From positions 124,001 through 188,000 of the forward strand of contig NIVC01001673.1 of NCBI GenBank assembly GCA_002269645.1: a stretch of 64,000 nt of DNA. The letters run 5' to 3'. This DNA comes from Macrostomum lignano. Its lineage: Eukaryota. The notes under the pieces are model-generated. The model did not search any database, was not told where the DNA came from, and saw nothing but the letters and a program-made list of their open reading frames with translations. Shown here piece after piece: positions 1 to 10,865 of the stretch. Every line of letters starts with the position of its first letter. Positions within the stretch are counted from its first letter, which is position 1. Position numbers and translations under genes: made by a program.

Positions 1-339
1 TAAACAAGCATGTTTTATTGGTGCATAAGCCCCAGAATTAAAATGAGAATTCGATTCCTAGCCCCCTCCCTAAGAATTCTTTTAATTTTAAAGGATTCGT
101 CCCTTGCTAATTGGCCACCCCGAAGGGGGGCACTAGATTGCTAGTTTTTTCTGAAATCAATCGCATAGCTACATACATACAAACAACTCATTTTTAGTAT
201 ATAGGATAGCAATCTTTGCCCCCCGTTGGGGGACATCTGGATAGAATCTCTGTTCTCTACAAGTAACAAAAAGACAGCCAAATAAAGCCCTCACAAAGAC
301 GACAGACAAACTGCTCAAATAAAGTGTAATGCAAAAAGA

Positions 340-480
340 AATCATCCCAAGACAACAAGCATCCCTCAGATAGCAAGCATCCCCCAGATTGCAAGCATCC
401 GCCAGATAGCAAGCATCCCCCAGATAGGAAGCATCCCCCCTCCCGGATAGCAAGCATCCCCAAATAGTAAGCATCCACCA
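340..480. repeat. ~15-bp minisatellite GATAGCAAGCATCCC(C)
   Basis: Degenerate tandem units are visible directly; a longer copy lies at ~3085-3520. Confidence 0.9.
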
Positions 481-574
481 TACAATAAGTAGCTAGTGCT
501 ACAATTTCCTTAGCTCTATAGTGGCTCCTTTAAAATTGGCATGACGCTTACTTTTACGTTTGAAATTGTGTAAA

Positions 575-1230
575 TTTTATGTTTGACATGGTGGCTCTTT
601 AATGTCTGACATGGTGGCTCTTTAATGTTTGACATTATGGCTCTTTAATGTTTGACATGGTGGCTCTTTTATGTTGGACATGGTGGTTCTTTTATATTCG
701 ACATAGTGGCTCTTTTATGCTTGACATGGTGGCTCTTTACTGTTTGACATGGAGTCACATATATGTTTGACATGGTGGCTCTTTTATGTTTGACATGGTG
801 GCTCTTTAATGTTAGACATGGTGGCTCTTTAATGTTCGACATGGTGGCTCTATAATGTTAGACATGGTGGCTCTTTAATGTTAGACATGGTGGCTCTTTA
901 ATGTTCGACATGGTGGCTCTTTAATGTTTGACATGATGGCTCTTTTATGTTTGACATGATGGCTCTTTTATGTTTGACATAGTGGCTGTTTTGTGTTTGA
1001 CATGGTGGCTGTTTTATGTTTGACATGGTTGCTCTTTTATGTTCGACATGGTGGCTCTTTAATGTAAGACATGGTGGCTCTTTAATGTTTGACCTGGTGG
1101 CACCTTAATGTAATGATAGCTCTTTTATGTTTGACATGGTGGCTCTTTTATGTTTGACATGGTCGCTCTTTTATGTTTGACATAGTGGCTCTTTACTGTT
1201 TGACATGGAGTCACATATATGTTTGACATT
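575..1230. repeat. 21-22-bp minisatellite ATGTTTGACATGGTGGCTCTTT(T)A
   Basis: About 30 units. The array resumes at ~2200-2350 after ~1 kb of unrelated sequence and recurs at ~3620-3880. Confidence 0.9.
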
Positions 1231-2413
1231 GTCCAGAAGACACAGCCTGGCGCAATGACAAACTCAACTGGCCATTATTTAAGCTTTAACAGACGTTTGA
1301 ACCATAGACGATTAGTTCAAGTATTCATATATTAACTGGCATAAGGGAATAATGTTCACAGTAATGACAATCATAACAATAGTAATATTAGTGAGAAGAA
1401 AAATGATAGTCAAAACTATTTAGCCACAAAACTATTTAGCAGAAAACGCGCCTAACACAAAAACAACATAGTAGTCGTAGTCTGTTCATCAGAAGTTGCT
1501 CATTAAAAATGAAATGTGCAATCCTTGAAGTGGCAATTCTCGAAAAACCGAACTGCACTTTCCGAATCCATCCGACCTGCAGATTAATGGGTATTGTAAA
1601 AAATTCACAGTTTCTATATAACCAATAGTATAGCCGCTAATTTACTTACAACTTAATGTACATGTACTTACCATGCTTCATCCGCGTCTCCTGTCTCACG
1701 TCCACTGAAGCATAGGAGGAGGCAGCTCCGGCAAGTCTCCAGAATCAGCCAGTGGATCTTCGAGCCACTTGATAAATGAACTCAATTCTACATCCTGTTG
1801 ATGCTCCTTTGCACTTAGCTCGGATAGTAGTTCTAACTCATATCTAGATACTCCGTTAAGGCTGTCCACGGGAAGATGCAACCAATTGATAAGCGCCATA
1901 GCCGAAAAAAGAAAAGACAGCTCTGTTAATCCTCGATCTCGACTATCTCTACTTCTCGTCAGCTCAAGCCTATCATCAGCTTATTCATTTATATTCTATG
2001 GCCCAACAGCTTTTTTATTTATAGTCTATGGCCCAACCACCGCCCTCTTTACGCAGTCGCACGCACGCAGACTCTTACCCTGAAATAATGACCGCTTCCG
2101 GCACGCTGAAATAATGGCCAGGCTGTGTCATATAGACAATGACGTTGCGTAGTAGGTAAGGGGCTGAAATAATGGCCATAGACACTCGTGCGCTACGCCG
2201 ATGGTGTTCGACATGGTGGCTCTTTAATGTTCGACATGGTGGCTCTTTAATGTTCGACATGGTGGCTCTTTAATGTTAGACATGGTGGCTCTTTAATGTT
2301 AGACATGATGGGTCTTTAATGTTCGACATGGTGGCTCTTTAATGTTTGACAATGTGCATTTTTTGTGTTTAGCATTTTGTGTTTTTAAGGTTTTTGAATA
2401 AAAAAATCTTTTT

Positions 2414-2485
2414 GCACTACTAAGATTCGAACCCAGGTCGCTGCATTAGCAGTCCAGTCCAGTCTGTTCGCATCTATGCTATCTC
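2414..2485 (-). pseudogene. Degenerate tRNA-Ser(GCT)-like sequence or SINE head, copy 1
   Basis: Minus strand has TAGCATAG (A-box-like), TGGACTGCTAAT (Ser-GCT anticodon arm) and GGGTTCGAATC (B box). The stems do not pair fully. Confidence 0.5.
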
Positions 2486-2894
2486 TTGTCAATTGGAGAA
2501 CTTGAATTGTGGTCCTTATAATTAAATTCTTATAGCAAATCGGTTAGAGTAAAAAGTTATGACATAATCAATTTCTCAGTCAGCCGGTATCAGTGTCGAT
2601 TTAAGTTAGCAATATTGTTACGCAATTTAAATCAAGTCTTGTGTGCATTTCTTCGGCACTGTTTTCAACTGGTTGTGATGTAATCATTATCACAATTGGA
2701 ATTCAGTCAGTCATTTTTCTCTAGTATTCTTACAATGCATTTCAGGTCGAAAGAGCTGCTTGACCTTTGCGAAGCGAATATTTTTCGAATATTTAATTCC
2801 TTTCACATTGAGCAATTTCTTTGCCAAGATGCATGTACCATCCCAGGAAAATTTCTGATCAAATGGTGCAAGTTTGAAGAAAATCGGTTGAGCC

Positions 2895-4105
2895 ATTTTT
2901 TCTGAAATCAATCACATAGCTAGATATATACAGACAACTCATTTTTAGTATATAGGACTAGCAATCTTTGCCCCCGATGGGGGACATCTGGCTAGAATCC
3001 TTGTTCTTTACAAATAACAAATAGACAGCTAAATAAAGCCTTCAGAAAAAACAACAGACATTCCCTCTTAAAAACAAAACATCCCAAGACAGCAAGCATC
3101 CTCAGACAGCATTCAAGCATCGATCCCCAAATAGCAAGCATCCCCCAGACTGCAAGCATCCCCCAGATAGCAAGCATCCCCCGATAGCAAGCATTCCCCC
3201 AGACCCCAGATAGCAAGCATCCCGCAGATAGCAAGCCTCCCCCAGATAGCAAGCATCCCCAGATAGCAAGCATTCCCCCAGACCCCAGATAGCAAGCATC
3301 CCTCAGAAAGCAGCATCCCGCAGATAGCAAGCATCCCCCAGATCGCAAGCATCCCCCAGACAGCAAGCAACCCCTGATAGCAAGCATAACCTGGATACAA
3401 AGAGACCTTATAGATATCTAGCAACCCCCTCTCAGATAGCAAGTACTCTCCACCCCCAAGAGCAAGCATCCCCCTGATAGCAAGTATCCATCCTTAAATA
3501 GCAAGCATCCACCAGAGAACAAGTAGCTAGTGCAACAATTTCCTTAGCCTTATAATGGTTCCATTTTGTTTGGCATGACACTTCTTTTATGTTTGAAATG
3601 GTGTCTCTTTTTTGTTTAAAAAAGTGGCTCTTTAATGTTTGACATGGTAGCTCTTCTATGTTTGACATGGTAGCTCTTTTGTGTTTGACATGATAGCTCT
3701 TTAATGTTTGACGTGGTGGCTCTTTTGTGTTTGACATGATAGCTCTTTAATGTTTGACATGGTGGCTCTTTTAGGTTTGAAATGGTTGCTCTTTAATGTT
3801 TGACAAGGTGGCTCTTTAATGTTTGACATGGTGGCCCTTTTATGTTCGACATGGTGGCTGTTCTATATTTGACATTGCGCTTCTTTTATGATTAGCAATT
3901 TTTTCTTTTTTAATGTATTTTAATAAAAAATCATTTTGCGCTACTAAGATTCGAACCCAGGTCGCTACATTAGCAGTCCAGTCTGTTCGCATCTAGGCTA
4001 TCTCTTTTTAATTGAAGAACATGAATTGTGGCCCTTATAATTCAATTCTTACAGCAAGTCAATTGGAGTAAAAAGTTATGACATAATCAATTTCTCAGTC
4101 AGCCA
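2895..4105 (+). repeat. Diverged direct duplicate of the composite block at ~140-1230 plus 2350-2585
   Basis: Same order of unique leader (tttttctgaaatcaatc.catagcta...), 15-bp array, 22-bp array, tRNA-like piece and flank (gagtaaaaagttatgacataatcaatttctcagtcagcc). Confidence 0.85.
3938..4004 (-). pseudogene. Degenerate tRNA-Ser(GCT)-like sequence or SINE head, copy 2
   Basis: Minus strand reads GATAGCCTAGATGCGAACAGACTGGACTGCTAATGTAGCGACCTGGGTTCGAATCTTAG. Confidence 0.5.
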
Positions 4106-4992
4106 GAACAGCGTCTGGTAGACAGTCAGATCGGGATGCTGGCTGAAGGTACATTGCAGTTAAATAGGACGTCGGAAAAATACCGTCTTGACCAAACTGA
4201 TTGTGTAGATCTCTCAACGAAAGTTTCTTCTTGGAAGGTTAAACTGCGTCGCTTCTTGATCTTCGTCCATTGGTCTTGTTTAGTTCGAAGTCTTCCTTTA
4301 CTGAAGGCAGGAAAGTCTCAGTTCTCGATTCATTCGAATGGCTGTTGAAGACATGCAGCAGAGCGATAACTGCATTTTATCTGAGACTTCTGTCTAGCGG
4401 CGACTCACGCGGTCAGTGGAACCAATTAAAACGACAATTTATATGGGTTTTTCCCATATTATCGTTTCCTTCTGCCAACAGTTCAGGAAGACAACGAACA
4501 ATGGACCTGATGGTAACTTTCTCTGTGTGATCTCTAGAGTCACATTCACAAACTTCAGGCGAGGATCTTTCCTCTTTAATCAGTATATTTTATAAGCTAG
4601 CACACTGTACGCGAGCAACGAGGAATAGGAGCAGTAGGGAGAGAGAGTGGGATTTCGAGGCCCAATAGGCAGTGTCGGTCAGAGGTTGTGCATTCATCAC
4701 GCGAGGGTCGCATGGCTGGGCTTCTTGCTCGCCGATCATCAGGACTATTTTTAGGCATGCAGATCTTGTGCATCTGGGGAGTTGCTGCCAAGTCTGGATG
4801 CTTGTTCACGCATCACGCGCGTGTCGGCTGATTTCTCCCATCCTCTTGCTAACGGCGCCTTCGTTTCACTTCAGTAGGTGGATATAAGTATGATAAATAT
4901 ACGGACAGGAGTACAGAATCCAGAGCTCAATGGTTACTTAACGTCGAGATAGCAGCTCTCCGCAACCATACATACACCTGTGACCCGCTGAA

Positions 4993-6021
4993 ATGCCGGG
5001 CAACGAACCTTCGGCAGAGCCCACGGAAGATGAGTTGATTTCAGCTCTGGCCTCTAACAACTCGGGCGCTGTTCAAAGTATTATTTCTGGTGGAAAATGT
5101 GTTGACCATTTTATTGTGTATAAAGGTAAACATTTTACGCCGGCAATGATTGCATGCGACTTAGAACGGACAGATCTCCTCATCCCATTAATTGAAGCAA
5201 AGGTGGATTTGGATAGGCAAAACAGCGACGGCATCTCAGCTTTGTATCTAGCTTCATACCAAGGCTTTTTTACAATTGTCGAGCTACTAATTCAAGCACA
5301 AGTCGATGTCAATCTTCAAACACGTGACGGAAGATCATCTCTTTTTGCAGCATCGCAGTACGGTCATCATCAAGTGGCTAAGCTGCTCATAAAAGCCCAA
5401 GCCGATATTGATCTTGCCTATTGTTCTCCTCTTTACATGGCGGCGCAGGAGGGTCATTGCAAGGTTATTGAGTCGCTAGTCAGAGCGCAAGCTGAAGTAA
5501 ATCTTCAAACAGTGATCGGCTCCACGCCACTGTACGTTGCCTCGCTTGAGGATCGGTATCAAGCAGTAGAATTGCTCATTAAAGCACAAGCTGATGTCGA
5601 CCTTCAGGATTTTGATGGGTTTTCGCCCCTATACATCGCTTCAGAGCAGGGCTATCTAAAGGTGGTGAACTCACTAATCGGAGGAAAAGCTGACGTAAAT
5701 CTTCAAGATTCTAAAGGCTGCTCACCGATATTCGCAGCGTGTCAGCAAGGGCATTACCAAGTAGTCGAGTCTCTCTTGAAAGCCCAAGCCGATGTCACCA
5801 GTGCAAATGGCGCAGGAAAGACACCTTTAGATATTGCTTCACAAAACAATCACTATCAGACTGTCAAGTTAATTATCGAGTTCTGCATTCGTAATGGCAT
5901 CCAAGGCAGCTATTTAAAACAGGGTCTGAGGTGTGCCGAAGAGTTTGAGAATGACCGTGTTGTGGAACTGTTTCATGCTGCCACGTCACTGGATGACTCT
6001 GGAATAAACGTTGAAAAGTAA
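4993..6021 (+). CDS. Ankyrin-repeat protein (about 7-8 repeats), possibly the first coding exon of an ANK-Mab21 fusion
   Basis: 342-aa ORF with repeated G.SPLY.A...G...VV..LI.A.ADVNLQ units. The stop codon overlaps a strong donor, AA|gtaagt, at 6018. Confidence 0.9.
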   Translation: MPGNEPSAEPTEDELISALASNNSGAVQSIISGGKCVDHFIVYKGKHFTPAMIACDLERTDLLIPLIEAKVDLDRQNSDGISALYLASYQGFFTIVELLIQAQVDVNLQTRDGRSSLFAASQYGHHQVAKLLIKAQADIDLAYCSPLYMAAQEGHCKVIESLVRAQAEVNLQTVIGSTPLYVASLEDRYQAVELLIKAQADVDLQDFDGFSPLYIASEQGYLKVVNSLIGGKADVNLQDSKGCSPIFAACQQGHYQVVESLLKAQADVTSANGAGKTPLDIASQNNHYQTVKLIIEFCIRNGIQGSYLKQGLRCAEEFENDRVVELFHAATSLDDSGINVEK

Positions 6022-6062
6022 GTGCTGCATTTTCGATAGCTGATTTGATCACTTTTGGGTAG

Positions 6063-6414
6063 CTGGGAGGGAGAATGAATCCAACCCTCGCGCTCACTTC
6101 TTGGGTTACATCACGCAGCATGGGCCATATTACGCAGGTTCAGGACTCAGGTGCTGGCCTGAAGGCTCGTGCGATTTTCACTCATGTGGACCGACCCTCA
6201 AGCTTCAGAATATACATACAGACGATGCCGAGAGCAGATATACAGCTCTGCGTGTGTGCCTGAGTACATATTCGCTCAGGTGCTCAGGTGCCGTCCGAGG
6301 AATGTCCATAGTTACTTTCCCCTCGCTAGATGTTTGTCGATGTGCAAACTGCATGTCATCTACGAGCTACTGACTTAAAATTCTTTATCTTAACGCCCCG
6401 ATTTTCGAGCGCAT
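6063..6414 (+). other. Putative Cys/His-rich linker exon between the ANK and Mab-21 regions
   Basis: Frame open from 6044 to 6373 (..FLGYITQHGPYYAGSGLRCWPEGSCDFHSCG..CRCANC..). It joins neither neighbour cleanly without a weak splice site, a stop or a 1-nt indel. Confidence 0.4.
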
Positions 6415-8334
6415 GTGAAACATATATTACCACTGCTTTCATCCTACAGACAGACGCACAGTGATGAGGAACTAAGCCAGCTGCTTCACTTAGCCCTGTC
6501 TAAATCGGGTTTCGTGCAATCCCGTGCTGTTTTTCAAAGTTCGACCGCAGATTTTCTTCAAGATATTCTTTTTAAAAGATATCATACGGACGAGTACTTT
6601 GTCGTAGGTAGCTTCGCTGAAGGCTGGGGCAACAGCCTGGTCACTCTGGATGGTAGAACTGACTTCGACTCTGACGTTGACGTGATGTGGCTCACTCATG
6701 GAAAACCCTTTCACCTGAAAGACTTTTGCGAGTGCGCTGACAGAAGTGAGCGGACAGTAGAGTACTGCAAGGGGCACATTTTGTGCTCTGGATTTGGTAA
6801 GAGTGCTGATGTCACTTTCTCCGCTACTACATTGTTTTGAAATAGAGCATTAATCAGACAAGCATACATACAAGCATACATACCTAAGCAGTACAATCCA
6901 AAAATTTCAGCATCGAATCCAGCCCGCTCATATCTGGGGTTCAACCAGAGGCCGACTTTGGACGAGGTGCCGGCGCATCGCCTCTGCCGCTACCCGCCTA
7001 TTGCTCCACTGCAGCCAGACAGAGTTGCGAAGTCCAACATCTTCCCAGCCGTGCTGCAGTCGATCCAGCGCGATGTTACTTCAGCCTCGTCACCCTGTCA
7101 CATAGTGCACGCAGCTCCCCCTGGTAAGGCCGGTGAGCAGCTTCGAGTGAGCACCAGCTTCCTTGAGAGGCGGCTGTTACGAAATCTGAGCACTCTACAG
7201 GGTCAAATGTTTGTCATTCTGAAGTGGCTACTCAAAAAGGCAATCTGCCACAATGGCTTCAGGACGTATCATGCAAAGACAATCACGTTCCGTATGCTAG
7301 AAGAGACGCCACCTGATCAGTGGAAATCAGAGAACCTGGTGAATCTCACGAGACGTTCGCTGCAGATTTTGATTGACAGTGTTGAGAACGCCTGTAGGTC
7401 AGGCTATTTGGATGGTCGGATTATGGACCACTTCTTCTTGAGCGATGCAGCTGTCTACCTAAAAGACGCGGACCCAAACTCAGCCGACAGTGTGCGGGAA
7501 TCACTGCACCAAGCATCAAGTGCAGCGAAGGACATTGTCGCTAGGCTGCCTGAGCTGCTAATTTATTTCAAGGACAGTCTGCAACCAATCAATGACTTCG
7601 GTCGATTTTATTTCAATCCAATCCTAATTCTTTCGCTACTTCCAGCTCATCATAGCACGCTTGTTTCAAGCGCCACAAAGTGCGAGTACCATGAGATTTA
7701 TGACGTGCTGTTGGAAGCCATGCGTCGTCTGCCAGCTGTGGACGGCAATGCAGAGTCTCTCATGGATTTGATTGACAAGCTCCCAGACTGTGCTCGATCA
7801 GCGCGAGAGTCTGTCAGAGCAATTATTTTCCTTCAGTTGGGTAAAAGAGACGCTGCAGCGGATATTTTGAAAAGTCTCAAGGGCTTCAGCGTATGTAGAG
7901 GCATTGATTGGCCGGCTGAAAGATCAGCCAGCGAAGCGACTGTGGAGTTAGTTTTGCAGCACCTGAAGAGTCAAGACTCTGTTTTGAAGCTTTGCTTTCG
8001 CACTAATCGGCGTCCGAGTTTTCCTTTTAGAAATAAAAATATTGCCAATGTATTTCCTCTAGTTGTTAAGCATTACATCAGCTTAAAGTACATGAACTTT
8101 GAAGCCTTGCTCCATGCTCTTCGAATGGAGCTAGGAGAGCCGACAGACGCGATCACCCGAGACTGGATTCGAGATGTTGCGGAAAGAGAAGATGCTGATG
8201 AACAGGAGCTGGTTGTGGCTGTAGAGAGGTGCGAAGATCTACAACTGCTGAGGATGTTGCGGAGAAGAAGTTCTAAGGTATTGGGTGACGTGCCACCATG
8301 GCTTGAAGAAAAATACAAACGTTTTCTAAACTGA
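6415..8334 (+). CDS. Mab-21/cGAS-like nucleotidyltransferase (cGLR-type), two exons 6415-6796 and 6911-8334; true start uncertain
   Basis: A phase-1 intron at 6797-6910 (gtaaga...tttcag) joins the two ORFs in frame. Motifs: VVGSFAEG...DSDVD (GS + DxD), LRVSTSFLERRLL, LK..., TYHAKTITF..LE...W, matching Mab-21 family helices. Confidence 0.82.
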
Positions 8335-8863
8335 CCGGCGTTTGGTTTCCTAGCAAGAATTGCTTTGGTGCTACGACCGAGTAATCCTGCGAGTTTGAAC
8401 AGCTGCAAAATTCCATCGTTTTACAACTTTGAATTATTCATTTTTTAATAACTTTTTTAAATAAGAGATGCTTATGAATATTTCACGTAGATATTTTTAT
8501 CTGACCAAACCGACTGGAATCAATAGCCGGTCAAACAAGTTGACTAGAAACGCCGAGCCATCCTACCCAGCTTTTGAGCTTTATTCCCAATTTTGCTTAG
8601 AACTGCAATTCGTTCAGTTAAAAACATGCTAAGATGAACGCCAAGTCGGTCCACACTAAGCAGGCGGATAGACTGGGATGTCTCGGCGTTTCTAGTCGAC
8701 TGGTCCGGCCAGCTAAGCCAGATATCTTACAGACGGTTTGGTCCGCTGCCGTGTTTTGGGTTCCATTCCAGCACTTACGCTGCGGACATCCCTTTAAAGG
8801 CAGTTGCAGCACATACTTCATGTACCCGCAGCTATTTTACCACACAGCCTTACTGTCAAGGAG

Positions 8864-9228
8864 GAAAGAGGGCCGGAGCCCAGCGGTAGCGCAGCTGCTC
8901 TGGTGTGCCAGCGACCCAGGCTCGATTTCAAGTGCAGTCACATTAATTTGGGGCTGAATTGGAATCTTGGCTTGGCTCTGCTCGTGCAATTAACGGCCTT
9001 GAGAGCCAACCCCCCAAGGCGCAGTGAAGTGTACATGCCTAACGATAAAATAAAGTTAGGGCCGCTGTACACTCCTGTGTGAGTGTGTGCCTGCGTATGT
9101 ATCCGCGCGCTTGTATGCCTGCTCAGGAGAGTCGGCGGAATGGGCAGTAATGCGTCTGGCCGGTTGTGTGCCTATGTCGCCTAAAGTGCGCCAGGGTGCA
9201 CACAACCCCCCTGTCTCTAATAAAAAAA
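8864..9228 (+). mobile_element. tRNA-derived SINE (~365 bp) with A-rich tail
   Basis: Perfect 13-bp TSD TACTGTCAAGGAG at 8851-8863 and 9229-9241. Head has A-box-like AGCCCAGCGGTAG and B-box-like GGCTCGATTTC. It ends in AATAAAAAAA. Confidence 0.85.
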
Positions 9229-10654
9229 TACTGTCAAGGAGAGCAAGCTAGAGTGGAAATCAATCTGGAATCCGGAATCTAGAATCTGGATTTTGTATTT
9301 GATGGGTGTCATGTTGTGTACATTTTATCACCAGTGATTATTCCAATATCTTCCCTTCCAAAAGTTTGAGTTTCATTCATTGTTCTGTTCAAAGACATTT
9401 TGCTCTGTTCTGTTGAGGATTCGATGTTAGTTGAGGAATTTTCGTTGCGTATTGGGCTATAATGACGGAACACCCTCGGTAACTTTATATTAAAAGTGCA
9501 CTACAGAGCGTTACCTCTGATTCCCTTTCGTTTTGTAAAATTATTCGCGTTAGTCGGTCCTTCAAGGTTGTTCAGTGACTACTCTCTGACCTCAACATAC
9601 CCCATCTGGCCCTGACTCTCAGACTCTCCGCAAACGCTTCACAATGGCTGATGTTTATCTAACTCTTTCTAACAGTGTGCCGTTTCTGCTTTTGATGTTA
9701 ATATAGATTTTACCTATCAGTGAAGTAGCCTGTTTTTATCATTTTTTTCAAAGTCATTCTCTTATGATTCTGTTGGGCTGCGCCCTTCCAGTGCGTGTGT
9801 ACTCTGTCTGGTTTTTTCAGTTTTCCTTGCCACCCCGCCCCGTCCGCCGTCTCGCGCCAGGGCCAGGGTTTGTGAGAGGCGTAAGCCTCAACCCTGGCCT
9901 AGCCCTTTCTGCACCCAGTAGTAGTAAGCGTTTTTTACGCCCATAGCTTGTTTTTGCATGGCGAAACCACTAGGAAGTCCCAGCACTAGACGATGAATTT
10001 CTTTCCTGCCCAGGCACGGTTACCAAATCTCGTCCCCTCCATTTTCTTGCTATAGGCTCGCGGCCACTCTCTCCTAGATTCCTATCATTTGCTTCGCTAT
10101 AGTGATATGGGATCGACGCTTTGGCTAAAGGCGCGCGTGTTCGGGTGCTGGAATTTTCCGCTTCAATTGTTTCTTTTCTGTTCTTTCACACAAAGAACTT
10201 TTAGTTTCTGGAAGTCCTTTCAATGTTCAATGTTCAATGCAATCTGCTATAGGGAGTAGTCACTCCCAGCCTGCATCAATTATGTTTGCCTCTACGCTAA
10301 AGCTCCAATACCAACCACTAGTCCATTCAGACCGTGTTGCCCCAGCGCGTGTCCTGCATGTCCCATAATTTCCAAATCTCATCCTTTCTAGGTATTCGCT
10401 TTCTTGCTAGACTCGTGGCAACACTTCCTGCTTATAAATTTTTCGCTTGCTAGTCCAATCGGCGGTTCGTCCCGTTCTGTCCTAATTTGCAAGTCGTGGT
10501 GTTTAGGAATTTGTAAATCTTTTTCGCTTTCGCTTTCTTGCTAGGCTCTTAGTCATGGTCAGCCTGCTTTCAACTTTTTGGCTTGCGAGTTCAATGGACG
10601 GTTCCGCTCAAATGCGCGTATTCTAATGTTTTGGATTTCCCTCCGGTAAATTTT

Positions 10655-10838
10655 TTAATGAGATTATGGAGGACGTTTTGTGAGCGAGTGCGACCCCCAT
10701 TTTTTCTGATTCTGTCGGGGATGATATGGATGGATTTAATGGGATTATGGAGGACGTTTTGTGAGCGAGTGCGACCCCCATTTTTTCTGATTCTGTCGGG
10801 GATAATATGGATGGATTTAATGGGATTATGGAGGACGT
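10655..10838. repeat. 81-bp tandem repeat, ~2.2 copies
   Basis: GATTATGGAGGACG recurs at 10662, 10743 and 10824. Confidence 0.9.
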
Positions 10839-10865
10839 GAAAAAATTTGTCCCAAAAGCCCCCTC

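Noticed and set aside
6371-6373. TGA as selenocysteine in the Cys-rich linker
   Set aside because: No SECIS could be identified by eye, and a further frameshift would still be needed.
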